Assembly: GCA_963666275.2 (NCBI GenBank)
Contig: CAXXOA010000003.1
Location: 160,001-224,000, forward strand
DNA length: 64,000 nucleotides
From: Oceanispirochaeta sp.
GTDB lineage: Bacteria > Spirochaetota > Spirochaetia > DSM-2461
Reading direction: 5' to 3'
Below are positions 53,970 through 63,452 of the stretch, in pieces. The stretch's first letter is position 1; every line of letters begins with the position of its first letter. Both the position numbers and the translations under genes were made by a program. The notes under the pieces are model-generated. The model did no database searches, was not told where the DNA came from, and saw nothing but the letters and a program-made list of their open reading frames with translations.

Positions 53970-55466
53970 ATGAAGACAATAGTAATTCTCAATGACAGCG
54001 TTAACAGACGCTATCTGAAAACATATAACAGTAATGCTCAGACAATTACACCGAATATTGAGCGGCTTCAGAGTCGGTCCTGCATATTCGATAATCACTG
54101 GACAGGATCGGCACCTTGTATGCCTGCGCGAAGAGACATGTTTACGGGCCGGCTGAATTTTCTGGAAAGGAACTGGGGGCCGGTGGAACCCTTTGACTGT
54201 ATGCTGCCGGAGCTGCTGAGAAAACATAAGGTACGCTCCCATATGGTTACGGATCACTTTCACTATCTGGAGCTTGGGGGCGGTGGATACTGCCAGTCCT
54301 TTGATACCTGGGAATGCTTCAGGGGGCAGGAGCATGACAGTCTTGAGTGGACGGATCCGGGATTTTCAACTCCCCCGTACAAAGGCCGTTTCAATGAATA
54401 CTACTATGAGAACAGCAAGGGTTTTAAAGAGGATTCCGATTTTACCACCCCCCGGACTTTTCAATCCGCCGCCAGATGGCTTGAAAGGCATGGTGACGAA
54501 GATGATTACATGCTCTGGATTGAGGGATTCGATCCCCACGAACCCTTTGATACTCCAAAGGAATTTCTTGATCTTTACGATGATACCTACGAGGGGGATC
54601 AATTTATCTGGCCCGAGTATGCCCCCTTTACAGGAACGGAAGAGGAACTGAAACATATCAGGAACAGGTATGCCGCCACCATCTCCATGACGGATAAATG
54701 GATAGGTAAAATACTGGATATCTGTGATCGCCAGTCCCGATGGGATGATACTCTGATTATTTTTACCACTGACCATGGTTATATGCTGGGAGAACACGGG
54801 TTAATGGCCAAGAACTATATGCCAGCTTACAATGAGGTCTTTCATATCCCCCTGTTCGTTCATGTTCCGGGCCAGAATTCTGAAAAACGGATTTCAGCAC
54901 TTACCCAGAATATTGATTTATTTCCAACCATTGCTTCCTACCATGGTATCCAGGAAGACGAACTGCCTGATACCACTCAGGGTAAAAACCTGTTACCCCT
55001 CATAAGCGGGAGTAAAGATTCATTGCGGGATTATGTATTGTACGGACTTTTCGGGCAGAGTCTAAATATTACAGATGGCAGGTACAGCTATTTCAAATGC
55101 CCTGCCAGGGAGGATAATCAGCCTCTCAATATATACACTTCCATGCCTGTTACTTTAAATCAGTATATGGGAGGAGAAAATATCAGAAAGGCAGACAAGA
55201 TAGATATGGGACGTTTTTTATCCTGGACAGATTACCCGGTTTATTCCATTCCAGCCAATGATTTTCTCTGGAAAAATGAGTCCCAGCGGTTTGATAAAAG
55301 AACGATTTATCACAGTGCCAATCATCTGTTTGATCTTGAAAACGATTATGAGCAGAACAGGGAGTTAGATAATCCGGAAATTGAAGCCCGTATGGAGGAG
55401 CTTATGAAAAGGGCTCTTATGGAGTACGGCAGTCCCGGGGATCAATTTGAAAGGCTTGGATTCTGA
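53970..55466 (+). CDS. Formylglycine-type sulfatase
   Basis: CMPARR..FTGR, FDPHEPF, TTDHG..LGEH. Confidence 0.92.
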   Translation: MKTIVILNDSVNRRYLKTYNSNAQTITPNIERLQSRSCIFDNHWTGSAPCMPARRDMFTGRLNFLERNWGPVEPFDCMLPELLRKHKVRSHMVTDHFHYLELGGGGYCQSFDTWECFRGQEHDSLEWTDPGFSTPPYKGRFNEYYYENSKGFKEDSDFTTPRTFQSAARWLERHGDEDDYMLWIEGFDPHEPFDTPKEFLDLYDDTYEGDQFIWPEYAPFTGTEEELKHIRNRYAATISMTDKWIGKILDICDRQSRWDDTLIIFTTDHGYMLGEHGLMAKNYMPAYNEVFHIPLFVHVPGQNSEKRISALTQNIDLFPTIASYHGIQEDELPDTTQGKNLLPLISGSKDSLRDYVLYGLFGQSLNITDGRYSYFKCPAREDNQPLNIYTSMPVTLNQYMGGENIRKADKIDMGRFLSWTDYPVYSIPANDFLWKNESQRFDKRTIYHSANHLFDLENDYEQNRELDNPEIEARMEELMKRALMEYGSPGDQFERLGF

Positions 55467-55810
55467 TTTAAACATATAAATGCAGCATCCTGAAACCTAT
55501 TTCTTATATAAGAGACTTCTGCTCGGAAAGCAGAAGCCATTTTAGGAAAAACAGGTTCATTCGATTGTGATGGGGAGCCTTTTATAGGCGGGAGAACGTC
55601 CCTGTTTAGACTGCTCAGATAGAGGAGAACTCTTAGAATGCTCCCCCCTGTCTTAGCGGTCTACAGGAGGTTCAGATCGCCATTCCCGTCGGCAAAACTT
55701 GTGAAGGCAGCTCCTATATCTTTCAGGGAAAATTGATTTCTCGCAATAACACATGTTAAATATGACTAAAAAAGTTATATTTAAAGGATACTCATCTCAA
55801 GGAGCGTCCT

Positions 55811-57685
55811 GTGAACAAATTTTCCGCGATATTTCTCCTTCTTTTAATGCCTGTTCTATCGTTATGGGCTTCAGAGGATTTTCAGGTTCAGAAATATTCA
55901 ATCACCCTGGATTCTGAGCCCATGGCTTTGGACGGGTATCTCGGTTACTACCTTTACAGTGCGCCTCTGGGGCGGGATGAAGTGGTTATGGGCTGGGATC
56001 ATTACACCGATGCCCATATCAGAATCTACAACGAGGATTTTTCAGATTACCGGAAGGAATTTGTTATTGAGGATCATGTTCTTCAGGACATTGAAACCAC
56101 CGAAGACGGCAGCATTCTGGTTTTAGCTGTTTATCACCCGGATGCTTCGCTGTCTCTTGCCAATGCGTTTAAAAGTCCCCTTCCTATGGATCTGATCAAA
56201 TATGACCGGAACGGCAGAAAAATATTTCAGACGAGAATCACAGGAGGAGAGGGCATTAGCGAAGGAAAAACCTGGTATGCCTGGATGCCCTCTATAGCCT
56301 CTGCCGATGTGAAACAGGGGAAAAACGGCAATTACGGCGTCTTTCTTGAGGTCAGTCATAATTTCGGAGCAACCGGTACCCACCAGACAGACCTCTTTGT
56401 TATGGTGGATAAAAACGGAAATATCATCGAGAACTCCAGACAGTTTCAGACTGTCTCCCACAGCAATGAGCTGCATCTTCTGGCAGGGGAAAAAGACAAT
56501 GAGTTTGTCTCCATCACCGTAGGAGATATGTATCCCTTCGGCTTTACTTTCATCAATCGACTGAGCGGTGAATATGAAGTGATCTGGCCGGTGACGGATA
56601 AAGATGATCTGCAAAGGATGAAAGACAGCAATCAATACACCACAGGCGCCGGCGGGATAGAACGTTTTATGAACTGGGGAAATGAGTACGTGGCTGTTAC
56701 AACAACGGCGCTCCCCCGGGATCTGCCCATAGACTATATGGCGGGAGACCCCTATGGAATCCTCCTGCTCAATATGAACAGGGAAGGTGAGGTTCTTACG
56801 AAATCCTGGTTGAAACAGAGCAGTGCAGATATCGATAAAGCCTTTGCCGCCCCCCGGGGGGAGTCTATTCTGACAGGCTGGGTTCAGTACGATGATGAAT
56901 TAGAGGGGCTAGGGGTCCCTGCGCTTATGGAAGTTGACCGGAAAGGGAATATTCTGGCAGGCCCCCAAAGGGTGGAGGATGCGGAAATTTACTACCACAG
57001 TTACTTTTTTAATCTCCCTTCCGGGGATGTGGCCTGGACTGTAATGAAAAACGCTTCGACAGTGGATATATACAGGGTGAAAGGACGCAGATCAGCTTCT
57101 CCCGTGGCCGCAGCGGCAGACTGGGATGACGGGACAATCCTATTCTGGAAGGACAATCAGTTCTCCCTCTACGACTTCCCGGCCTCAAAAACAGTTTCCG
57201 GCCTGCCCCTCCCGCTGAACTCAGGAACCTGGCCCGGTCACCCGGGGGTATTTCCCGATGCGGTTCTTAATTATAAAAATGGAGATGCCTATCTGTTTTC
57301 CGGGGCCCAATATTACCGTATGGACATAAAAAACGGGAGTGTATACAGCGGAGGCCCCGGCGATATTTCCCGGGACTGGCCGGGGGTTAGCTTTCCCGCC
57401 ATAGACGGGGCCTTCAGAACTGGGGATAAAATCTACCTGTTTTACGGAAACCAGTATATCCGGTTCAACGGGAGGACCAACCAGGCGGACCGGGGCTATC
57501 CCAAAACCATCAATCCCTATACCTGGCCCGGTTTGGGGTTCTCCAGTATAGATGCGGTTTTTGAAAGGAACGGGAAAGCCTACTTTTTTTCTGGGGATGA
57601 ATATGTCCGTTTTGATATAGCCCTGGACAGAGCGGATGACGGATATCCCCAAAAGATACAGGATGGTTTTCCCGGCATATTCTAG
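55811..57685 (+). CDS. Secreted protein with C-terminal hemopexin repeats
   Basis: Signal peptide; repeats DA...GK.Y.F.G..Y.R.D...D.GYP..I...WPG. Confidence 0.82.
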   Translation: MNKFSAIFLLLLMPVLSLWASEDFQVQKYSITLDSEPMALDGYLGYYLYSAPLGRDEVVMGWDHYTDAHIRIYNEDFSDYRKEFVIEDHVLQDIETTEDGSILVLAVYHPDASLSLANAFKSPLPMDLIKYDRNGRKIFQTRITGGEGISEGKTWYAWMPSIASADVKQGKNGNYGVFLEVSHNFGATGTHQTDLFVMVDKNGNIIENSRQFQTVSHSNELHLLAGEKDNEFVSITVGDMYPFGFTFINRLSGEYEVIWPVTDKDDLQRMKDSNQYTTGAGGIERFMNWGNEYVAVTTTALPRDLPIDYMAGDPYGILLLNMNREGEVLTKSWLKQSSADIDKAFAAPRGESILTGWVQYDDELEGLGVPALMEVDRKGNILAGPQRVEDAEIYYHSYFFNLPSGDVAWTVMKNASTVDIYRVKGRRSASPVAAAADWDDGTILFWKDNQFSLYDFPASKTVSGLPLPLNSGTWPGHPGVFPDAVLNYKNGDAYLFSGAQYYRMDIKNGSVYSGGPGDISRDWPGVSFPAIDGAFRTGDKIYLFYGNQYIRFNGRTNQADRGYPKTINPYTWPGLGFSSIDAVFERNGKAYFFSGDEYVRFDIALDRADDGYPQKIQDGFPGIF

Positions 57686-57830
57686 GGGGGCGTTTCCCTG
57701 TTTTTTCTGTATCCGCCGGGCCCTGCAGGGGGGTCTGCCTGAATAGCAAAGGTGTATAGAGCCGGTACAGGGGGGGACAGGCCCTGCAGGAGAAGCCTAT
57801 GGGAAGGCTCTCCGGCAGGGGAAAGGAAAG

Positions 57831-59312
57831 CTAGTACAGATTGTTCATATAGAGAGTGGTACTCCCGGCAGAGGAGTCCGTTTTTCCTGTTACCAGAAGA
57901 TCCAGGTCTCCGTCGCCGTCCACATCGGCTACACTGATAGAGCCTCTACATAGTTCTGTCAGTCCTGCCTGGGCGTCAGCGAAGTTTCCCTGTCCGTCGT
58001 TAATGTAGAGGGTTGTTTTATTACCGCTGCTGGAATAGCCTGATAGAACCAGATCCATGTCTCCATCACCATCGATGTCGGCAAAGGCGCTGGCGCTGTA
58101 CATAAGAGCTTTCAGTCCCACCGTGGATTTTGCAAAGATCCCGCTGCCGCCGTTGATGTAAAGACTTGTGAATTCATCGTTTGAAGAATCACCGGAGATC
58201 AGAAGGTCAAGATCTCCGTCTCCGTCGATATCGGCAAAGTTGCTGGTAGAAAGAACCACGCCTTCCAAACCGGCCGAAGCATCGGAGAAGTTACCGGAAC
58301 CGTCATTATAGTAAAGTGTTGTATACCTATAGGCCATTTCGTTTCCGGAAGTAACAAGGTCCAGATCACCATCGCCGTCCACATCGCCCAGGCTGATGGA
58401 TCCGTTCCCAGCTCCTACCAGTGCGGCCCCGCTGTCGGTGAATGCTCCGCTGCCGATGTTTAAATAGAGCCTGGTGATCCAATTCAAATTACTTCCTTCA
58501 TATCCGCTGATAACCAGATCCTGATCACCGTCTCCATCCACATCGCCAAAACTGCTGGAGCTGACATTCAAATCTATTATCCCTGCGGAGCTGTCTGTGA
58601 AATAGCCGTGCCCGTCGTTACTGTAGAGAACTGTTCTAAATGAACTGGTGCTAATAGCTCCGGCTATAAGAAGGTCCTGGTCGCCGTCGCCGTCCACATC
58701 GGCAAAGCGGCTGGTGCTGTAATGCACTCCCGTCAGTTCCTGGTCGTTGTAGAAGTTACCCTTTCCGTCGTTGCAGTAGAGGATGGCTGTATATCCGTTC
58801 CGGGTGTCCCCCGTGATGATCAGATCACTGTCGCCGTCGCCGTCTACATCGGCAAAGTCACTGGAGCTCTCATACACGCCCTGCAGGGGCCTGTCGTGGG
58901 GGGTGAACAGGCTCGTATAGTCGATGTCCCACATGGCATAGAGGGTCACCGCCGCCGCGCCCATGGTAAACGTGTCTCCGGCGGCGTAGGCTGTACCGCT
59001 GCCGTCGGCTTTTGTATTCCATCCCCTGAAGCTGTGGGCAGTGCGGGTCAGGGAGCCTGTGTTGTCCTGTACGGTGACTGTCTCTCCTGCACTGTAGTTT
59101 CGGCTCTCCCGGGGGACAGTGCCTTCGGTGGCACTGTTTCCATTGTAGCTTACAGTGAAGGTCGTACTGTCGGAATTCGTTGAACTCGTCGTCTCCTCTA
59201 GAATCTCATCGTCAATATCGGTGGTGCCGTTGGGGCAGCCTGTCAGAATCAGTCCGACCAGAAGTATGAGGACGCATGCGGCTGTCCGGAGTCTTCCTGT
59301 TGCTTTTGTCAT
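57831..59312 (-). CDS. Lipoprotein with InlB B-type (Listeria-Bacteroides) repeat and FG-GAP/VCBS repeats
   Basis: Lipobox LTGC; F.GWNT.ADGSGT.Y; seven DVDGDGD.DL repeats. Confidence 0.88.
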   Translation of the reverse strand: MTKATGRLRTAACVLILLVGLILTGCPNGTTDIDDEILEETTSSTNSDSTTFTVSYNGNSATEGTVPRESRNYSAGETVTVQDNTGSLTRTAHSFRGWNTKADGSGTAYAAGDTFTMGAAAVTLYAMWDIDYTSLFTPHDRPLQGVYESSSDFADVDGDGDSDLIITGDTRNGYTAILYCNDGKGNFYNDQELTGVHYSTSRFADVDGDGDQDLLIAGAISTSSFRTVLYSNDGHGYFTDSSAGIIDLNVSSSSFGDVDGDGDQDLVISGYEGSNLNWITRLYLNIGSGAFTDSGAALVGAGNGSISLGDVDGDGDLDLVTSGNEMAYRYTTLYYNDGSGNFSDASAGLEGVVLSTSNFADIDGDGDLDLLISGDSSNDEFTSLYINGGSGIFAKSTVGLKALMYSASAFADIDGDGDMDLVLSGYSSSGNKTTLYINDGQGNFADAQAGLTELCRGSISVADVDGDGDLDLLVTGKTDSSAGSTTLYMNNLY

Positions 59313-59370
59313 AAAAACCTCTTTCTTTGTCCGGGATTTTTATGACAATGTGCCGTATTTTCCTTTTCCG

Positions 59371-59400
59371 GTCGTCCAGAAACGTGTTTTAGGACTTTTT
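59371..59400 (-). promoter_or_regulatory. Conserved upstream element shared by both FG-GAP genes (second copy at 61038)
   Basis: GTCGTCCAGAAACGTGTTTTAGGACTTTTT identical about 60 bp upstream of both starts. Confidence 0.6.
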
Positions 59401-59510
59401 TTTGTGTAAAAGAGCCTTGAGACAGGCAATTGAGAGGTTCTGAGAGCCCGTATCAGACGGGACAGGCCGGGAAATCAGGCAGAACCTGATCCCCGGCAGG
59501 GCGATACCGG

Positions 59511-60980
59511 TTAATACAATCCGTTCAGATAGAGTGTGGTTGTGGGGTTTAAGTTTATATCCCTTCCCGTCAGCAGCAGGTCCCTGTCGCCGTCGCCGTC
59601 CACATCGGTAATACTGATGGAGCCCTGGCAGACAGCCGTCAATCCGGACGGGACATGGGTGAAATTTCCCCTTCCATCGTTGATGTAGAGAAGGGACACA
59701 TAAGTGTCTGTTCCATCCATTCCGGTCAGAACCAGATCGGGGTCCCCGTCACCGTCCAGATCGGCAAAGCTGCTGGAGCTTAAACTCAGAGCTGTCAGTC
59801 CCGCTGAAGTTTCGGAAAAATTGCCCGTTCCGTCGTTGAGATAAAGAGTTGATGACCCGTTTCCTGATATAAGAAGATCCAGATCTCCATCTTCGTCGAT
59901 ATCGCAAAAGTTGTTGGTACCATCGAATATTGCCTTCAAGTCGGCGGAAGCAGCGGAAAAATTCCCGGACCCGTCGTTTTTGTAGAGGGTAGAATGTAGA
60001 GGGGGGAATCCCATACCGGACGTGACTAGGTCCGGATCACCGTCACCGTCTACATCTCCGAAACAGCAGGCTCCCTGACCGGCTCCTGTCATGGATATAT
60101 CTGTTTTTTCATTGAAAAGGCCGCTTCCATCATTCAGATACAGTTTGGATACGGCACTAAAAATACTCTCACCATCATTTCCGTTGATCACCAGATCCAG
60201 GTCTCCGTCGCCGTCCACATCGGCGAAACTGCTTGAGCTTACAGCCATATCCATGATCTCTGCGGAGCTTTCGGTGAATTGACCGCTCCCGTTGTTGCTG
60301 TAGAGAACCGTACTCGCCGAGCTGCCTGTATACCCGGCAATCAGAAGGTCCTGATCGCCGTCACCGTCCACATCGGCAAAGCTGCTGGTGCCTCTGAGTA
60401 CTCCCGTCAGTTCCTGTTCCCTGTAAAAAATCCCCTTTCCGTCATTATGGTAGAGCATGGCTGTGTATCCGTTCCCTGTGTTTCCTGTGAAAATCAGATC
60501 CTGATCGCCATCGCCGTCTACATCGGCAAAGGCACTGGAGCTGTAATGGACTCCCGGCAGGGTTCTGGAGGAAGGGGTGAACAGGCTGGCAAAATCGATG
60601 TCCCACCGGGCATAGAGGGTCACATCCTCCGTCCCCATGGTAAAGGTCTCGCCGGCGGCGTAGCTGGTGCCGCTGCCGTTGGCTCGGGTGTTCCACCCGG
60701 TAAAGCTGCTGCAGTTGAGGCTCAGGGACCCTGTGTTGTCACTGACAGTCACGGTTTCCCCTTTTTTATAGCTCCCGCTGTCCAGAGGGACCGTTCCGCC
60801 GGAAGCCTGGTTTCCTTTGTAGGTCACTGTATAGGTTGCACTGTCCTCTGTGGACTGGGTCTCCTCATAAATCTCATCGTCAATATCGGTGGTGCCGTTG
60901 GGGCATCCTGTGATAATAAGGATCAGCGTAATGGCCAGGGCCAGCACCCCGGTTTTGAATCTGCCTGTGATGACTGTCAT
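59511..60980 (-). CDS. FG-GAP repeat lipoprotein, tandem paralogue of 57831-59312
   Basis: ITGCPNGTTDIDDEI shared N-terminus; same repeat architecture. Confidence 0.88.
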   Translation of the reverse strand: MTVITGRFKTGVLALAITLILIITGCPNGTTDIDDEIYEETQSTEDSATYTVTYKGNQASGGTVPLDSGSYKKGETVTVSDNTGSLSLNCSSFTGWNTRANGSGTSYAAGETFTMGTEDVTLYARWDIDFASLFTPSSRTLPGVHYSSSAFADVDGDGDQDLIFTGNTGNGYTAMLYHNDGKGIFYREQELTGVLRGTSSFADVDGDGDQDLLIAGYTGSSASTVLYSNNGSGQFTESSAEIMDMAVSSSSFADVDGDGDLDLVINGNDGESIFSAVSKLYLNDGSGLFNEKTDISMTGAGQGACCFGDVDGDGDPDLVTSGMGFPPLHSTLYKNDGSGNFSAASADLKAIFDGTNNFCDIDEDGDLDLLISGNGSSTLYLNDGTGNFSETSAGLTALSLSSSSFADLDGDGDPDLVLTGMDGTDTYVSLLYINDGRGNFTHVPSGLTAVCQGSISITDVDGDGDRDLLLTGRDINLNPTTTLYLNGLY

Positions 60981-61174
60981 AAAAACTCTTCCTCCGGCTT
61001 GTATTTTCGTCTCAATGTGCCTGTTTTTTTCAAAGCCGTCGTCCAGAAACGTGTTTTAGGACTTTTTTCACAGGAAAAAGAAGACCCCTTTCGGCGGCCT
61101 GTTGTTTTGAAATCGATTATTACAGGGAATATTTTGAAATCCTAAAACAAAAAGGAGCATTCCTGTTCAGACAT

Positions 61175-62020
61175 TCAGGGATAGAACTTCAGAGCCCCCG
61201 CAAACACCGGCCCCCCCGGTACGGTCCGGTTTTCCTGCCGGACTGATTCGCTTTCCAGGGCCTCCTCCCGGAGGAGGTTCATCCCCGCCGAGCCTGTGAA
61301 GGAGAGGTTTTCAGTAAAAAACCACTCCAAAGAGCCTGTCAGAGCGAGTTCTCCCAGGGCGTAGGTCTCTCCTTCGGAGATTTCCATGGTATCTTCATGG
61401 AATCCCAGGGAGAGGGTAAAACTGAGTTCTTCCAGGGGGCTGTAAACCGCTTCTATCCGGAAGGGCAGGAGGAGCTGCAGCCGGATCTTCTCCTGAGGTT
61501 CCCAGCGGAGGCCGCCCAGAGGGACGGGGTAGTCTCCCCGGAGGGGCTGATAGGATGCCCCGGCCAGCCAGGTCAGACACGGAGGGCCGGGAAGGGTATA
61601 CAGGAGGAAACCCCGGCTGAACCGGATCTCCCGGGAGCTTCCCTTCTGCAGATGGGATGAACCGGATGCGCTGATCCCCAGGGTACTTCCTCCGGGCAGG
61701 AAGAAGGCTGCCCGGAGGCCCCCGGAAACTAGGAGCGTCTCTTCCGGGGAGTTTTCAAACAGGGGGCTCTCCCAGCGGGCGGATGTGACAGACAGCGGGA
61801 GGCTCAGCAGGAACCGGTCCGGCCGGAACAGCAGGGGGATCTGAAGGGTGAGGTCTGCTTTTGTGTTCCCCTCCTTTTCCCGCTCCTTCCAGGGGCCGTT
61901 GCTATAGCTGAGGCTGAAGCTGGCAAGGGGCCGTTCTCCCTGTTTTCCTTCCTCTCCCCGGACAGACGTTCCTGCTGCCAGCAGAAGAAAAAGGAGGAGG
62001 CTGAATTTGATGGATGTCAT
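61175..62020 (-). CDS. Probable outer-membrane beta-barrel protein (DUF6268-like)
   Basis: Signal peptide, alternating beta-strands, PVPLGGLRW, LLLP, aromatic C-terminus. Confidence 0.55.
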   Translation of the reverse strand: MTSIKFSLLLFLLLAAGTSVRGEEGKQGERPLASFSLSYSNGPWKEREKEGNTKADLTLQIPLLFRPDRFLLSLPLSVTSARWESPLFENSPEETLLVSGGLRAAFFLPGGSTLGISASGSSHLQKGSSREIRFSRGFLLYTLPGPPCLTWLAGASYQPLRGDYPVPLGGLRWEPQEKIRLQLLLPFRIEAVYSPLEELSFTLSLGFHEDTMEISEGETYALGELALTGSLEWFFTENLSFTGSAGMNLLREEALESESVRQENRTVPGGPVFAGALKFYP

Positions 62021-62023
62021 TGT

Positions 62024-62422
62024 CTATTCAGGCAGGGTTTCTTCGGGGAAGCCGAAAAAAGGATAGAGATTGTCCACGATCCCCTCCATCCTGGCGGACT
62101 GTTCCTCCGTCAGGATGGAACGGATCTCCGCAAAGGTTTCCAGAAGCTGGGGCTCGATGGACCGGCGGAAACTCTCCCTCTCCTCTTCGATGGAAAGGAA
62201 GAAGTCCTCCACCGCCCCTGTCAGGGTCGCCTCCTGATCGGGCGACATATCCAGTTCCCGGACAAACTTCTGAATCAGAATGGCCCGGCGGGTCTCATTG
62301 TCCTCTGAAAAACTCTGTATTTTATATTTGAAAAAAAGTCCTGTCAGGAGCATTCCTGTTGTGATTCCAATAAAAAAGGTTAATACCAGAAGCATAACTA
62401 TCTGGGGTTTTCTGTTCATCAT
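62024..62422 (-). CDS. Membrane-anchored helical protein (Spy/CpxP-like)
   Basis: ELDMSPDQ and ILTEEQ LTxxQ-like motifs; ECF operon context. Confidence 0.6.
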   Translation of the reverse strand: MMNRKPQIVMLLVLTFFIGITTGMLLTGLFFKYKIQSFSEDNETRRAILIQKFVRELDMSPDQEATLTGAVEDFFLSIEEERESFRRSIEPQLLETFAEIRSILTEEQSARMEGIVDNLYPFFGFPEETLPE

Positions 62423-62432
62423 CCTATCCTTT

Positions 62433-62741
62433 CTAAAAAAATAATATTCCCGCCAGGTCGTTCAGGGAGAGAGGGTTCAGCGACTCCTGCAGGGCCATGA
62501 GCAGGAGAGAGTCTGTCAGGTCCCGGAAGATAAGGAGGTTCATCCCCCCCGTGGCTGCCAGGCAGGCTGCGGCGGCGGAAACCACCCAGGAGGCAAAGAG
62601 AGGACGCTCCGCAGTAAAAAGGGCATTGTCGCCGTAGATCCTTTTCATAACCGCATCCGCCAGGGCGGTACCGTTCACTTCTTCCGCACGGGCTGTGAAA
62701 TGGTTCTTCAGATAGACCAGAACATCATCAACGCTTTTCAC
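62433..62741 (-). CDS. Probable anti-sigma factor
   Basis: Overlaps ECF stop; LADAVMKRI motif then TM helix. Confidence 0.6.
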   Translation of the reverse strand: MKSVDDVLVYLKNHFTARAEEVNGTALADAVMKRIYGDNALFTAERPLFASWVVSAAAACLAATGGMNLLIFRDLTDSLLLMALQESLNPLSLNDLAGILFF

Positions 62742-63334
62742 TGGTTCTCCTCCTCTTCAAAATACACGGACAGACGGGATTTCAGCTTCTGCCGGGACCG
62801 GTGCAGAAGGACCTTGATTTTGCTTTCGCTCCATCCCGTGGCCCTGCGGATATCGCTAACGCTCAGCTCTTCAAAATAGAAGAGGGAAACCGCGATCTTC
62901 TGGTCGGGTTTCAGCACATTCAGGGACTTCCGGATCTCCCTCCGGGCATCCTCAGAGAGAATATCCTCCAGAGGTTCCGGCCGGGTATCGGCTCTGTCGT
63001 AGAGGAGACCGGCTTCCCGGTTCTCCTCCTCTCCGGACAGAAGAAGTTCCTTCCTTCTGTAGTGCTTCCGCCAGTAGTTTCGGACACTGTTGACAGCGAT
63101 CCCCGTCAGCCAGAGCGGGAACGGCCTGGTCTGATCAAAGCGGACAAGGGAGGTATAGGCTTTCATAAAGATATCCTGTACAAGATCGTCCCTGTCTGCC
63201 CCGGGGATTCCCTGGGAGATCACAAACCGGGCTATCCCGTGGCCGTGTCTTGTCATGAGTCCTCTGTACCTTTCCCTATCGCCTTCCAGTACGGCGGCGA
63301 TATCCTCAATATCCTGATCCATGGATGTTCCCAT
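62738..63334 (-). CDS. ECF RNA polymerase sigma factor
   Basis: DDLVQDIFMKAY, F..WL.GIA.N, L.YFEELS..DI, IKV.LHRSR.KL. Confidence 0.93.
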   Translation of the reverse strand: MGTSMDQDIEDIAAVLEGDRERYRGLMTRHGHGIARFVISQGIPGADRDDLVQDIFMKAYTSLVRFDQTRPFPLWLTGIAVNSVRNYWRKHYRRKELLLSGEEENREAGLLYDRADTRPEPLEDILSEDARREIRKSLNVLKPDQKIAVSLFYFEELSVSDIRRATGWSESKIKVLLHRSRQKLKSRLSVYFEEEENQ

Positions 63335-63363
63335 TGTCTCCTTTCAGGGTGTTTCTACTCTGG

Positions 63364-63445
63364 TATTCGCTCCCCCGGAGGGAAAGGTTACAGTTCTTTT
63401 TCAAGAAGAAATTTTCTGTAACCACCGGCGGTTCCGCAGCGAATA
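63364..63445. promoter_or_regulatory. Back-to-back ECF-type promoters TGTAAC-N17-CGAATA
   Basis: Minus strand 63392-63364 and plus strand 63417-63445 carry the identical motif and spacing. Confidence 0.7.
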
Positions 63446-63452
63446 GAGGGGT

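Noticed and set aside
57831..60980. Periodic GTCGCCGTCCACATCGGC-like nucleotide repeats
   Set aside because: Explained by the encoded FG-GAP DVDGDGD repeats.
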